The translations under genes and the position numbers were made by a program. The notes under the pieces were generated by a model. That model had not been told where the DNA came from and did not search any database. It saw nothing but the letters and a program-made list of their open reading frames with translations. Shown here one piece after another: positions 39,780-55,345 of a stretch of 63,971 nt of DNA. This DNA comes from Paraspadella gotoi. Lineage: Eukaryota; Animalia; Chaetognatha. How positions within the stretch are numbered: position 1 is the first letter of the stretch; every line of letters starts with the position of its first letter. The DNA is taken from the NCBI GenBank assembly GCA_051294375.1, contig CM119270.1:21943926-22007896 (forward strand), in the 5' to 3' direction.

Positions 39780-41260
39780 ATCATTATCATCGCACTCAAT
39801 GAATGATTATTTCATCCTTATCAATTTGGTTATCTCAGCTCGCATCAAGATATTTGGTTACATCCGCATCAATATAGTTTTTACAATTCTGCAAAAAAAT
39901 ATATAGTTATCATCGCAACAATATTGGTTATATGCATCTCATCCAACATTATTTGGTTATCATCGAATCAATAATCAATTAAATATTACAGCATCACGTT
40001 ATCATGCCATGTCTGTCATGTCAAATTCACATTTTTTGTCTTAAACCTGAATACAGCTTCAAACCACATCTTAGCCAACAGAGGGTAGTAGAAAATAACT
40101 GATAACAGTTATATTCGTTTTTTCCTTCTTTTTTATTTTTGGCAAAAAATGAAATTGAGTCTTTGAGTTTTTGGTTGATGGTGACTTTTTCATCTCTTCA
40201 TGTTTTCTTCGTCGCCTTCCCTCTCTCTCCTCTTCTCTCTCTTCTCTCTCTCTCTCTCGTCTCTCTCCTCTCTCTCTCTCTTTCTCTCTCTCTCATTCCA
40301 TTATCCGACAAAGGAAGAGAATAAAAAACCTTCCGGAGATGAATCCCTCCGTTTATGTGTCTGTCTTTCTCTGTCTTTCTCTCCTTTCTCCTCTCTCTGT
40401 CTCTTCTCTCTGTCTCTCTCTCTCTCTCTCTCCTCTCTCCTCTCTCCTCTCTCTCTCTCCTCTCTCCCCTCTCTTCCGTTATGTCTCCTAAAAATTCCTT
40501 TTATTCTTTATTTCCTCTTCATCTTTTTCGGTTTTTCTTCTATTTTAATTCTTTTCTGTCGTTTTTATTTTTCCTTCAAAACTTTTAAATATTTTAAATC
40601 TTCTCCAAATCGTTTTTAATCATAAAAATATGAAAATTGCAAAATTAACGTTTTATGTTTTAAAAAAAACTTAATATATAAATATTTATAAACATGTGAA
40701 ATATTCACTTTGTTTTTATTTTTTTTTTTTTAAATTAGGTAATTTTAATTGTATTAATATTCTTAAAATGGGGGCTGAATCTATAAATACAAAGTTATTT
40801 GTTTTTCTCCAAAAAATGTAATTTTTAATTAATTATTTCAAGCACCATTTTTAAGTTATATTTAATTTCTATTCCTTTAATCTCAATAATCCAATGTCTT
40901 TCTGTTTTATATTTTTCTTTATGGTTTTTTTTCTTCTCTTTCTTCCTCAACATGTTTTCCATTTCATTATTTTTCCTTTCAGGTCTTAGCCTCACCCGGA
41001 CTCACCCAGACTCACCCAGACTCACCCAACGGCGACGCAATTACCTCACCTCAACCACCACTAAACCCCCTTTTAAACCTTAGAACCTCTGCCACCTCCG
41101 CACCCCTTTCTCAAATCACATTCCTAATCTTAAAATTCCTAACTCCTTTTTCCCAGAACCCCTACAATCTATCGTTTATCGTTTTTTCATTTCTTTATTT
41201 TTTCTTTCTTTTCCTCTTTTTTCACATTATGAGCAGAATAAATCAACATCAATCTCTCTA

Positions 41261-41294
<34 letters not shown>

Positions 41295-43692
41295 TCTAGC
41301 AGGTGCAGATGGGCAGAGAACGCGATCTCAGCAATCTGACCTGAGAAGGCGCTCTACTCTCACTATCTCTCAGACACACCTTCAGAGACCAAGAAAGAGT
41401 GTGGGATCTTGCGCTATTTTTGCTATTCTTCCATTCTCTTTGTTTGCACTTTTTCGCTTGTCACTAGGATAAAATCCACATTAGGCTAGGCCACCAAAGA
41501 TGTAATATAGACCAAATCTCTCAGTGCATCGTCCTCTCGTCGACGCTGCTCTCTCGAATATAGAATGAAGTATGCTCTCTCTCGTCTCTTCTACTTTCTT
41601 TATCTTTCTCAGTCTCTCTCTCTCAATGGACGAAAGTAGGGGCAGGGGCGATGTGCAAAAGGGTTGACTTTATCCGGATTGATATACATTATGCACAGGA
41701 AGTAGAATATACAAACCTTAAAATAAAAAAAATATGTCAAAAAATTAATCAATACGAATGTTTCTCTATCTTCCTTTCTATTTCTTTCTTTCCTATCTTT
41801 GCCTCTCATTGTCCTCTCTTTCCATTTCTTTCCATTCTTTTCCTTTCTTATCTTTCCTTTCTTATCGTTTATTTTCTTTCCTTTCTTATTTTTTCCTTCC
41901 TTTTGCCTTCCTTCCCTTTTTCTTTTTTCCTTTCTATTGCCCAAAGTTGGAAGAGATTGATGTGACACAGAATGCTGAGCGAAAAAATCACACAAGGAAA
42001 AAAAATACCCAAGACTTTGATTCTCGTGGCAAATATGAAAACGGCGCTGACCCATATACAGAAAAACCTTACTTATGTGAGAATAAACCTGTAGTTATGT
42101 GAAAATAACCTTTACTTAATTGAGAATACCCTTACTTTTATGTGAGAAAACTCTCTTATTTAATGTGAGAATAATCAAACCTTAGTTTTGGTGAGGATAA
42201 CCTTAACTTATGTGAGAATAACCTATACTAATTGTGAAATAATCCTTAACTAAATGTGAGAAAACGCCTTACTGAAGTGAGAATTCCTGAACTCAGTACC
42301 TCACTTCATGTGAATATTCCCACTTGTTCCAATTGAAGATAAAATATTGATTAGTCTAATACAAAATCTCCTTTTTTTAGAAATGAAATTGCGATCGTGT
42401 AAAAAATCTGACCTCGGTATAAAACAAGATCCCCGACTCGCATCACACAGGGTGATCTTTTCAATGGTGTAAAAGAGAGAGGAGAGAGAGAGAGAGAGAG
42501 AGAGAGTAGAGAGAGAAGAGAGAGAGAGAGAGAATAGTTGTACTAAATTTACAAATAAGATACAGAATGTTAGTTGATTAAAATGATAAAATATAAAAGG
42601 AAAAATTAGATTTTAAGGCGCAATAGTAATTCGTGGAGACCAAATCTTCCTTTCATATTTCTTCTTTGCGATTCTTCTTCTTTCTTCCCTTGCTTTTTAC
42701 CGATGGTCTTTTTTTCCGCACACTCTGCTCCTGTTCTCATGCCCTTTACTTTTTCCTTTGCCTCCATGCAGCCTCCTTATTAACTTATCACAAAGTCCAT
42801 TTACCTTTACCCTGCATTCTTTCTTTTTCCAGTGGACTTACCACTTTCCTCCATGCCTTCCACTTTTTTCCCTCTGCTTCCATGCTGCCGTGCTTTCTCT
42901 ATTGGCGAATGTTTGGCCACTTAGAAATAAAGGGGAAATATCTTTTTCGCAAGGGGGGCACGGTGGGGGGAGAAAGAGGAAGGTACGGAGCGAGGAGGGG
43001 AAGAGTGGGAGGAAGAGAGGAGGTAGGAGGCAAGACAAGGAGGAGGAGGGGCAGGAGGATGAGCCGGGGAAAAGAAGGATGAGGGAGTGGGAGAGAAGGA
43101 GGAAGAGAAGGAAGAGGAGGAAGGAGGAAGGAAGAGAGGAAAGATTTTAGACAGCTCGAATTTGCTCTGCATCCATATAAAGTTGTTGACATCGACATTA
43201 AATACTTTGTAAGTTTGTTGTTGTTGCCTCATCAAGTGCGAAAGGCTCATCTCTCTCTCTCTTCTCTGTCTTTCTCTCTTCTCTCTCTCTCTTCTCTCTC
43301 CTCTCTCGTTTCTCTCATTGCTCTCTCTCATCACTCATCACTCGTTCTCCTAAATCCTGCTACCGACGTTATGTGAATGGGGCGACATCAAGCAAATCAC
43401 CTTACCCCCCAGGCCACGCGTTAGTTTCACTCTCTATCCCTGTCTCTCTCTCTCTCCTGTCTTCTACTCATCATCTCTCCTGTGATATACTCTCTTCTCT
43501 TTTGCATCGCTTTGTCTAACTCTTCCTTTTCTGATTCCGTTTATAATCATTCAATGTCATCTAATAAAGTGCCATTCATCTCCCTCTCTCTCCTGTCTCT
43601 TCAACATGCTCTTGCTCTCCTCTTTTCTCTGTCCTTTCTTTTTCTTTGTCCGAGAATTATTTGAATCTTTAATCAAATCGGAAAATAAAGCG

Positions 43693-43737
<45 letters not shown>

Positions 43738-44526
43738 CTCCTATTTCTTTTCCCCTTTTTCACTCTTCTCTCTCTTTCTTGACCATTTATTATATTATTA
43801 TTATTATTTATTATTATTTTATTATTTATTATTATTATTATTATTATTTTATTATATTATTATTACTAACTAATTATTGACATTTTTTGTATTCAAGGAA
43901 AAATTCCACGCTCGTCATTTCTATTGTTAAAAATGAAATATAAGCGACCTACTGGCGCCGCCTTTTTTTTATAAAAAACTTTATAAATATAGAATAAATG
44001 AGAGATAAGTAAAAGAAAGTAATGCGGGCGACAGCCTTGTTTCTTTCTCTATTTGTTTCTCTCTATTCACGTCTTACTCATTTCTCTATCCACATTCCCG
44101 TTCTCTGTCTCGCTATTTTCCCCTAGGGCAACGATATAGCGATATTGCGGCTGAGAATCGATTGGAACAAAGGCGTTGATAGCAAAGGCGATCGACGACG
44201 AGACGACGACGAAAACTGGACGAGGGAATGACACGAGAATGAATAGTGATGTCTCTACTAGATGTCATTCTGACACAAATCGATGAGGTTTAGGCGTAAA
44301 AACTTTTTGAGTTACAGGCTTGTTGTTTTTTGACTCCTGAAGATCGCAGGCACCAACTGTGCCTTATTTTCCCTAATACGCCACCAATTCATCTTCGACT
44401 AGGTCTAAAGAATTAGGCTTTGTATTAGATTACGGATTAAGTTTAGTAATAGGGGTATAAATACAGGTTTAAATTAAGTTTTGGCGCTTTTTTAGATAAA
44501 CGAAAGCAATAATAAATAATAATAAT

Positions 44527-44564
<38 letters not shown>

Positions 44565-44966
44565 TAATATATAATATAATAATTTACATTATTTGAGACA
44601 AAAAACAGGTTTTTAATTTCCTGACATTCGATAATCTGACTATATGAAGTATAGCATTGTATCTAATAGTGATACGTGAAAGTGATAGTGATGGCGAAAA
44701 CAATGACAACAACACGAACGACGACAAAGACGACAACAATGACGACGGCGACGACGACGAACACTTTCGTCGACAACAAAGACAACGACGTCAAATAACG
44801 CCGACTCCCGAAATAAAAACAAATTAAAAAAAAAAAAGAAAAATTAAAAAAGATAAAGAAAAAATATTTTTCGCTTCTGAAAATTTTTTCCTAATAACAA
44901 TATAAAATTTTCACAGAATGAACGAAAAAGACGGAATGGAGAGGAGAGAGGGAAAAAAAAAGAGAG

Positions 44967-44999
<33 letters not shown>

Positions 45000-46676
45000 A
45001 AGAGATGAGAGAGAGAGAGAGAGAGACGAAAGAAAAGATGGCCTCGCCCTAGAGAGAAATGAGGAGGGAAAATGAAAAATTAAAGCGAAACGAGAGATTA
45101 AAACTAATTGAATGGAAAAGAGAAGATAAGAGAGGAGAAAGAGAGGTAAAGAGGAGGGAAAAAAAAGGTAAAAAACAAGAGAAAGAGGTAAAGAGGGGAG
45201 AGAAGAGAAGGTAAGAGAAGTAAAGAGGCGAGAATAAGAGGTAAAAAAGAGAGAACGAGATGTAAAGAGAGGAGAGAGGTAAAAAGAGAGCAGAATGTGT
45301 AATGAGTAGATCCGGGTAAAAATTAAAGATTATCAGTGATAATTATGAATTTGTCTACAAAAAAAAATAAAAAAAAAGCTTAGTGAAAAATATTTAAAAG
45401 TTAAATAAGATACGTATTAAATTAGAATTGTGCAGGAAAAGCTTTTGACAAAAAATACAAAAAAACATTCAGAAACTAAATATAAATAATAAGTAAACAT
45501 TATTTAACCTAATGAAAAAAAAAGCTGGAAAACTTTTGTGAGTCAGAAAAGAATTTTCGGATTTATTATGTCAAATTTGTTAAGAGGAGATCAACCAACT
45601 CATGAACCGAATAACAACAATAACAACAACAGTGGGCCAATAATGGCGGAAAAGATTAGTCGGGCTGTGGAGGAAATCCGAGTCGACTGTCGGGGAAAGG
45701 AAAGGAAATGAAAGGAAGGAAGGAAAGAGAGGTATAAAAGGAAAGGAGAGAAGGAAAGGGAGGAGAGGGAGGAAAGGAAAGGAAAGGAAGGAAAGAAAAG
45801 GAAAGAGAGGAAAGGAAAGGAAAGGAAGGAAAGGAGGGAAAGAAAAGGAAAGGGGGAAAGGAAAGGGGAAAGTTTGGAAAAAATGAAAAACTAATAGAAA
45901 ATAAAAATAATTTAGAAATAAAAAAAATAAAAGTAAAAATTCAATAAAAATTTAAAAGCGAAAAAATAGAATAAAAAATTTATTTAAGCAACCTAATTTT
46001 TGTAAAAAATGTTGTATGTATTAAGCTTTTTTTTCCTCTTTCTTTTTTTTCTTTTCTTGTAGATTTCACTGGGCGAAGCCATTTCGCTATGAAATAAGAA
46101 TCATCTAAATGACGAGATTTTAATAATAAAATAATCAGAGCAGAGCAAAGAGTGAGCCAATAAAAGAAAGCTCAAAGCGGTACAAAATATTTTCAATGAT
46201 TAGAATTCATTTCCAAAAAGTTACAAATATTTCATCATGTTACTAATGTTTCCTGGGCGATCTCCTAAAATTTTAAAGTTTACTTGCCTTTTTATACTTC
46301 TTTAAAAATTAAAAAGACCAATTAAAAACGACTTTCGACTTTAGAATACCACCAATAAATGGATCAGAAAGGCCTCGTCCAATCAGAATCGATAATTAAA
46401 TAACCAATGAAATTATAGAACAGAGGACGAGTTTGAGAACTAAAGCTACAAACGTTATTGATATTCTATAAAAACCAATATTATCTTATAAACTTTTAAC
46501 ATCCTGTTTTCTTTTCTTGCTTTTTTTTTTTTTTGCTTTTTCTTCTTTCTTTTTGCTTTTTTTCCTTTTTTTTTTTTCTTTTCTTTTTTTTTCTCGCTTT
46601 ACACTTTTGGTTTTTCACGAAATTCGCAGCTGAAGAAGCGGAAATCGGATGAGAGAGAGAAAGAGAGAGAGAGAGA

Positions 46677-46708
<32 letters not shown>

Positions 46709-46875
46709 TNNNNNNNNNNNNNNNNNNNNNNNNNATGCTTTTTTTTTTTTTTGCTTTTTCTTTTCTTTTTGCTTTTTTCCTTTTTTTCTTTCTTCTTTTC
46801 TTTTTCTCGCTTTCACACTTTTGGTTTTTTCACGAAATTCGCAGCTGAAGAAGCGGAAACTCGGATAGAGAGAGA

Positions 46876-46930
<55 letters not shown>

Positions 46931-48300
46931 GGGGTTCTGGGAAAAAAGTTAGAATTTAAGATTAGGAATGTGATTTGAGAAAGGGGTGCGGAGAGGTGGC
47001 AGAGGTTCTAAGGTTTAAAAGGGGGTTTAGTGGTGGTTGAGGTGAGGTAATTGCGTCGCCGTTGGGTGAGTCTGGGTGAGTCTGGGTGAGTCCGGGTGAG
47101 GCTAAGACCTGAAAGGAAAAATAATGAAATGGAAAAACATGTTGAGTAAGAAGAGAAGAAAAAAACCATAAGAAAAATATAAAACAGAAAGACATTGGAT
47201 TATTTGAGATTAAAGGAATAGAAATTAAATATAACTTAAAAATGGTGCTTGAAATAATTAATTAAAAATTACATTTTTTGGAGAAAAACAAAATAACTTT
47301 GTATTTATAGATTCAGCCCCATTTTAAGAATATTAATACAATTAAAATTACCTATTAAAAAATAAAAAATAAAAAACAAAGTGAATATTTCACATGTTTA
47401 TAAATATTTATAATTAAATTTTTTTAAAACAAAAACTTTAATTTTGCAATTTTCCATATCTTTATGATTAAAAAGATTTGAGAAGATTTAAAATATTAAA
47501 AGTTTTGAAGGAATAATAAAAACGCAAGAAAAGAATTAAAATAGAAGAGAAAAACCGAAAAAGATGAAGAGGAAATAAAGAATAAAAGGAATTTTTAGGA
47601 GACATAACGGAGAGAGAGAGAGGCAGAGAGGAGATAGAGAGAGAGAGAGAGAGATGAGAGAGAGACGAGAGAAGAGACAGAGAGGGAGAAAGAGAGAGAA
47701 AGACAGAGACAGAGACAGACATAAACGGAGGGATTCATCTCCGGAAGTGTTTATTCTCTTCCTTTGTCGGATAATGAATGAGATGAGAGGGAGAGAGAGA
47801 AGAGAGAAAGAGAGGAGGGAGAGAGACAGAAGAGGAGAAGAGAGAGAGAGGAGACGGAAGAAAACATGCAAGAGATGAAAAAGTCACCATCAACAAAAAC
47901 TCAAAGACTCAATTTCATTTTTTTGCCAAAATAAAAAAGAAGGAAAAAACGAATATAACTGTTATCAGTTATTTCTTCACCCTCTGTTGCTAAGATGTGG
48001 TTTGAACTGTATTCAGGTTTAAGACAAAAAATGTAATTTGAATGCAAGACATGGCATTAGTGACGTGACGTAATATAATTGATATATTGATTCGATGATA
48101 ACCAAATAATGTAGGAGATATAACCAAATATGTTGCGATGATATATAATAATTTTGCGTGAAAAAAATATATTGATGGACTGATAACCAAATCATTGATT
48201 GCGATGATAACCAAATGATAGATGCATGATAGTCATTCATTGATGCGATGATATATCTTCATGATGCGATGCAATTATCATCGTAAATAAAAACAAACAA

Positions 48301-48332
<32 letters not shown>

Positions 48333-51300
48333 AGAATTGAGAGAAGAGAAAGATGAGATAAGAGAGAGCAGGAGAGGAAGAAGAGGGACGTGAGAATGGT
48401 AGAGAATGACGGACACCGTGGACACCGCGCAGAAACTGTAACCAACAAAGTATTTTCGACGATAAAAAAAGAAGAGTATAAGACAAAAAATAATATATAT
48501 TAAAATAGAATGAGTAGGAGATGAAATGCCATGTAAATGAGAGAAATACGAAACTAATGAGAATGAAAATGAAAAATGAATTTTATTAAATTATATGAAA
48601 ATGAAGACAGTCAGCTGCATCTAGATAGCTAGATAAAATTAAAAGAACACTATTTGTAGACTGTGTAATTGGTCCTGAAACGTAATAAAAAATCTGATGT
48701 TAAAGGAATCAAAATGATTTTGAAATTAACAAAAAAAGGATTGAGACAGCGTTGACGGAAACCGAAGAAAAGAAAACAGGATGTTAAAAAGTTTATAAAG
48801 ATTAATATTTGGTTTTTTATAGAATATCAATAACGTTTGTAGCTTTAGTTCTCAAACTCGTCCTCTGTTCTATAATTTCATTGGTTATTTAATTATCGAT
48901 TCTGATTGGACGAGGCCTTTCTGATCCATTTATTGGTGGTATTCTAAAGTCGAAAGTCGTTTTTTAATTGGTCTTTTTAATTTTTAAAGAAGTATAAAAG
49001 GGCAAGTAAACTTTAAAATTTTAGGAGATCGCCCAGGAAACATTAGGTAACATGATGAAATATTTGTAACTTTTTGAAATGAATTCTAATCATTGAAAAT
49101 ATTTTGTACCGCTTTGAGCTTTCTTTTATTGGCTCACTCTTTGCTCTGCTCTGATTATTTTATTATTAAAATCTCGTCATTTAGATTGATTCTTATTTTT
49201 GATAGCGAAATGGCTTCGCCCAGTGAAATCTACAAGAAAAGAAAAAAAAGAAAGAGGAAAAAAAAGCTTAATACATACAACATTTTTTACAAAAATAGGT
49301 TGCTTAAATAATTTTTTATTCTTTATTTTCGCTTTTAATTTTTATTGAATTTTTTTACTTTTATTTTTTTTTATTTCTTAAATTATTTTATCTATTAGTT
49401 TTTCATTTTTTCCAAAACTTTCCCCTTTCCTTTCCACCCTTTCCTTTCTTTCCCTCCTTTCCTTCCTTTCCTTTCCTTTCCTCTCTTTCCTTTTCTTTCC
49501 TTCCTTTCCTTTCCTTTCCTCCCTCTCCTCCCTTTCCTTTCCTTCCCTTTCCTTTTATACCTCTCTTTCCTTCCTTTCCTTTCATTTCCTTTCCTTTCCC
49601 CGACAGTCGACTCGGATTTCCTCCACAGCCCGACATAATCTTTTCCGCCATATTGGCCCACTGTTGTTGTTATGTTGTTAATTCGGTTCATGAGTTGGTT
49701 GATCTCCTCTTAACAAATTTGACATAATAAATCCGAGAAATTCTTTTCTGACTCACAAAAGTTTTCCAGCTTTTTTTTTCATTAGGTTAAATAATGTTTA
49801 CTTATTTTTATATTTAGTTTCTGAATGTTTTTTGTTATTTTTTGTCAAAGCTTTTCCTGCACAATTCTAATTTAATACGTATCTTATTTAACTTTTAAAT
49901 ATTTTTTCACTAAGCTTTTTTTTTATTTTTTTGTTAGACAGAATTCATAATTATCACTGATAATCTTTAATTTTACCCGGATCTACTCTATAACATTCTG
50001 GCTCTCCTTTTTACCTCTCTCCTCTCGTTTACATTCCGTTCTCTCTTTTTTACCTCTTATTCTCGCCTCTTTACTTCTCTTTACCTCTCTTTCTCCCCTC
50101 TTTACCTCTTTCTCTTGTTTTTACCTTTTTTTCCCTCCTCTTTACCTCTCTTTCTCCTCTCTTTATCTTCTCTTTTCCATTCAATTAGTTTTAATCTCTT
50201 CGTTTCGCTTTAATTTTTCATTTTCCTCCTTCATTTCTCTCTAGGGCGAGGCCATCTTTCTTTTCGTCTCTCTCTCTCTCTCTCTCTCTCTNNNNNNNNN
50301 NNNNNNNNNNNNNNNNTTCTCAAACTCGTCCTCGTTCTATAATTTCATTGGTTATTTAATTATCGATTCTGATTGGACGAGGCCTTTCTGATCCATTTAT
50401 TGGTGGTATTCTAAAGTCGAAGTCGTTTTTTAATTGGTCTTTTAATTTTTAAAGAAGTATAAAAGGGCAAGTAAACTTTAAAATTTTAGGAGATCGCCCA
50501 GGAAACATTTGGGTAACATGATGAAATATTTGTAAGCTTTTTGAAAATGAATTCTAATCATTGAAAATATTTGTACCGCTTTGAGCTTTCTTTTATTGGC
50601 TCACTCTTTGCTCTGCTCTGATTATTTTATTATTAAAATCTCGTCATTTAGATGATTTCTTATTTTGATAGCGAAATGGCTTCGCCCAGTGAAATCTACA
50701 AGAAAAGAAAAAAAAGAAAGAGGAAAAAAAAAGCTTAATACATACAACATTTTTACAAAAATAGGTTGCTTAAATAAATTTTTTTATTCTTTATTTTCGC
50801 TTTTAATTTTTATTGAATTTTTTTACTTTTATTTTTTTTTATTTCTTAAATTATTTTATTTCTATTAGTTTTTCATTTTTTCCAAAACTTTCCCCTTTCC
50901 TTTCCACCCTTTCCTTTCTTTCCCTCCTTTCCTTCCTTTCCTTTCCTTTCCTCTCTTTCCTTTTCTTTCCTTCCTTTCCTTTCCTTTCTCCCTCTCCTCC
51001 CTTTCCTTTCCTCCCTTTCCTTTTATACCTCTCTTTCCTTCCTTTCCTTTCATTTCCTTTCCTTTCCCCGACAGTCGACTCGGATTTCCTCCACAGCCCG
51101 ACATAATCTTTTCCGCCATATTGGCCCACTGTTGTTGTTATGTTGTTAATTCGGTTCATGAGTTGGTTGATCTCCTCTTAACAAATTTGACATAATAAAT
51201 CCGAGAAATTCTTTTCTGACTCACAAAAGTTTTCCAGCTTTTTTTTTCATTAGGTTAAATAATGTTTACTTATTTTTATATTTAGTTTCTGAATGTTTTT

Positions 51301-51737
51301 TGTTATTTTTTGTCAAAGCTTTTCCTGCACAATTCTAATTTAATACGTATCTTATTTAACTTTTAAATATTTTTTCACTAAGCTTTTTTTTTATTTTTTT
51401 GTTAGACAGAATTCATAATTATCACTGATAATCTTTAATTTTTACCCGGATCTACTCTACAACATTCTGGCTCTCCTTTACCTCTCTCCTCTCTTTACAT
51501 TCCGTTCTCTCTTTTTTACCTCTTATTCTCGCCTCTTTACTTCTGCTTTACCTCTCTTTCTCCCCTCTTTACCTCTTTCTCTTGGTTTTTACCTTTTTTT
51601 TCCCTCCTCTCTTACCTCTCTTTCTCCTCTCTTTATCTTCTCTTTTCCATTCAATTAGTTTTAATCTCTTCGTTTCGCTTTAATTTTTCATTTTCCTCCT
51701 TCATTTCTCTCTAGGGCGAGGCCAATCCTTCTTTTCG

Positions 51738-51795
<58 letters not shown>

Positions 51796-52198
51796 TCCTA
51801 CTCTCTCTCTCTCTCTCTCTCTCATTTTTTTTTTTCCCTCTCTCCCTCTCCATTTCCGTCTTTTTCGTTCATTCGTGAAAATTTTATATTGTTATTAGGT
51901 AAAAATTTTCAGAAGCGAAAACATATTTTTTCTTTATCTTTTTTAATTTTTCTTTTTTTTTTTTAATTTGTTTTTTATTTCGGGGAGTCGGCGTTATTTG
52001 ACGTCGTTGTCTTTGTTGTCGACGAAAGTGTCGTCGTCGTCGCCGTCGTCATTGTTGTCGTCTTTGTCGTCGTCGTCGTTGTTGTCATTGTTTTCGCCAT
52101 CACTATCACTTTCACTATCACTATTAATACAATGTATACTTCATATAGTCAGTTATCGAATGTCAGGAAATTAAAAACCTGTTTTTTGTCCAAATAAT

Positions 52199-52287
<89 letters not shown>

Positions 52288-52899
52288 GCTTTCGTTTCTA
52301 AAAAGCGCCCAAAACTTAATTTTAAACCTTATTTTTAACCCTATTTACTAAACTTATCCGTAATCTAATACAAAGCCTAATCTTTAGACCTAGTCGAAGA
52401 TGAATTGGGGCGTTTAGGGAAAATAAGGCACAGTTTGTGCTCTCGATCTTCAGGAGTCAAAAACAAAAGTGTAATCAAAAGTTTCTTACGCCTAAACCTC
52501 ATCGATTTGTGTCATGAATGACATCAGTGGAGACATCATATCATTCGTGTCATTCCTCGTCCATTTTCTCGTCGTCGTCGTCGTCGTCGCCTTTGCATCA
52601 ACGCCTTTTTTCCAATCGATTCTCAGCCGCAATACGATATCGTGTGCCGAGGGGAAAATAGCGAGACAGAGAGGGAGTGGGATAGAGAAAGAGAAAGAGT
52701 GGAATAGAGAGAAACAAATAGAGAAAGAAAACAAGGTGTTGCGACGCATTACTTTTCTTTTTACTTATCATGTCATTTATTCCTTATAGTTTATAAAACA
52801 AAAGGCGGCGCCAGTAGTCGCTTAGATTTCATTTTTAACAAATAGAAAAGAGCGAGCGTGGAATTTTCCTTGAATTACAAAAATGTCAATAATATAGTA

Positions 52900-52995
<96 letters not shown>

Positions 52996-53421
52996 TCAAG
53001 AAAGAGAGAGGAAGAGAGTGAAAAGGGAAAGAAATAGAGAGAGTAGAGAGAGAGAGAGAGAGAGAAAAGAGCGCTTTATTTTTCGATTGATTAAAGATTC
53101 AAATAATTCTCGACAAAGAAAAAGGAAGGACAGAGAAAGAGCAGAGGAGAGGAGAGAGAGAGAAGAGGGAGAGAGAGAGAGAATGAATGCATTTATTAAT
53201 GAATGAATGAATAAACGGATAAAAGGAGATAGGAAAGCGAGAAGAAAGAGAGAGGAGATACAACAAAGAGAGAGAGATAAGAGAGACAGAGAGAGAGAGA
53301 GAGAGCAGAGAGAGAAACTACTCGGTCGCCTGGTGGAGGTGATTTCTTGATGTCGCGCAAATCGGATAACGTCATAGAGGATTAGGAGGAACGAGTGAGA
53401 GTGAGAGAGAGACAATGAGAG

Positions 53422-53473
<52 letters not shown>

Positions 53474-54152
53474 AGAGAGAGAGCTTTGCACTTGATGAGG
53501 CAACAACAACAACTACAAAGATAAATGTCGAGTCAACAACTTTATAGATGCAGAGCAAATTCGAGCGTCTAAATCTTTCCTCCTCTTCCTTCTCCTCCTC
53601 CTCTTCCTTCTCTTCCTCCTTCTCCTCCCACTCCCTCTCCTTCTTTTCCCCCTCATCCTCCTCCCCTCCTCCTCCTCCCACTCTTCCTCCTCCTCCCCTC
53701 TTCCTCCCACTCTTCCTCCTCCTCCTCCTCCTCCTCTTTCTCCCCCCACCTCCCCCTCTTGAAAAATATTTCCCTTCAAGGGCAAACATTCGCCAATAGA
53801 GAAAAGCAGGCAGGCATGGAAGCAGGGAAAAAAGTGGAAGGCATGGAGGAAAGGGTAAGGCATGGAAAAAGAAAGAATGCTGGGTAAAGGTAAATGGACT
53901 TGTGAAAAGTATAAGGAAGGCTGGCATGGAGGCAAAGGAAAAAGTAAAGGGCATGGAGAAAGGAGCAGGAGGGAAAAAAAGACAAGGTAAAAAGCAAGGA
54001 AGAAAGAAGAAGAATCGCAAAAGAAGAAATGATGAAAGGAAGATTTGGTCTCACGAAATTTACTATTTGCGTTAAAAATCTATTTTTTCGTCTATATTTA
54101 TCAATTTTAATCAACTAACATTCTGTATCTTATTTGGTAAATTTAAGTACAA

Positions 54153-54191
<39 letters not shown>

Positions 54192-55345
54192 CTCTCTCTC
54201 TTTTACACCCATTGAAAAGATCACCCCTGTGTGATGCCGATCGGGGATCTTGTTTATACGAGGTCAGATTTTTTACACGATCGCAAATCATTTCTAAAAA
54301 AAGGGAGATTTTGTATTAGACTAATCAATATTATCTTAAATTGAACAAGGGGAATATTCACATGAAGTGAGGTACTGGAGTTAGGGGAATTCTCACTTCG
54401 AGTAAGGGTTATTCTCACATTTAGTAAGGATTATTCTCACATTAAGTAAGGGTTATTCTCACATTAAGTAAGGGTTATCCTCACAAAAACTAAGGTTTAT
54501 TCTCACATTAAATAAGAGTTTTTCTCACATAAAGTAAGGGTTATTCTCACATTAAGTAAAGGTTATTTTCACATAAACTAAGGTTTATTCTCACATTAAG
54601 TAAGGGTTTTTCTTATATGGGGTCAGCGCCGTTTTCATATTTGCCCGAGAATCAAAGTCCTTTGGGTATTTTTTTTCCTTGTGTGATTTTCGCTCAGCAA
54701 TTCTGTGTCACATCAATCTCTATCCAAGGCTTTGGGCAAAGAAAGGAAAGAAAGGAAAAAAGGAAGGAAGGAAAAGGAAGGAAAAATAAGAAAGGAAAGA
54801 AAATAAAGATAAGAAAGGAAAGATAAGAAAGGAAAGAATGGAAAGAAAGGAAAGAGAGGAAAGAGAGGAAAGATAGGAAAGAAAGAAATGAAAGGAAGAT
54901 AGAGAAACATTCGTATTGATTAATTTTTTTTTACATATTTTTTTTTTATTTTAAGTTTTTATATTTACTCTGCATAAGGTATATCAATCCAGATAAAGTC
55001 AACCTTTGCACATCGCCCTGCCCTACTTTCCGTCCATTGAGAGAGAGAGAGAGAAAGAGAAAGAGAGAGAGAGAGAGGGAGAGGAGAGACGGGCATTGCT
55101 TTTTAATCTTTGAGGCAGGAAATACGGAGATTAGGAAAGAAAAGTGAAAAAGAGAAAAAGAAAGAAAAAAAGGAAAAAAAAGAAAGAAAAGGGTGGGAGA
55201 GAGAAGAGAGAGAGTGAGAGAGAAGAAAGAGAGAGAGAGAGAGAGGAGAGGAGAGAGAGGAAGGAGTGATTTTGATTGATTGATTGTATTCTGCTCATAA
55301 TGTGAAAAAAGAGAAAAAGAAAGAAAAAATAAAGAAAGAAAAAAG
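39780..55345. repeat. Complex nested inverted/tandem duplication around 25-N gaps at 46710 and 50292
   Basis: ~39780-41168 inverted at ~46925-48290; ~45020-46500 inverted twice (48770-50290, 50317-51740); ~41180-45000 inverted at ~51750-55345; 46500-46700 repeated at 46735-46920. Confidence 0.85.
42062..42290. repeat. ~22-bp minisatellite (inverted copy 54390-54615)
   Basis: AACCCTTACTTAATGTGAGAAT array. Confidence 0.8.
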
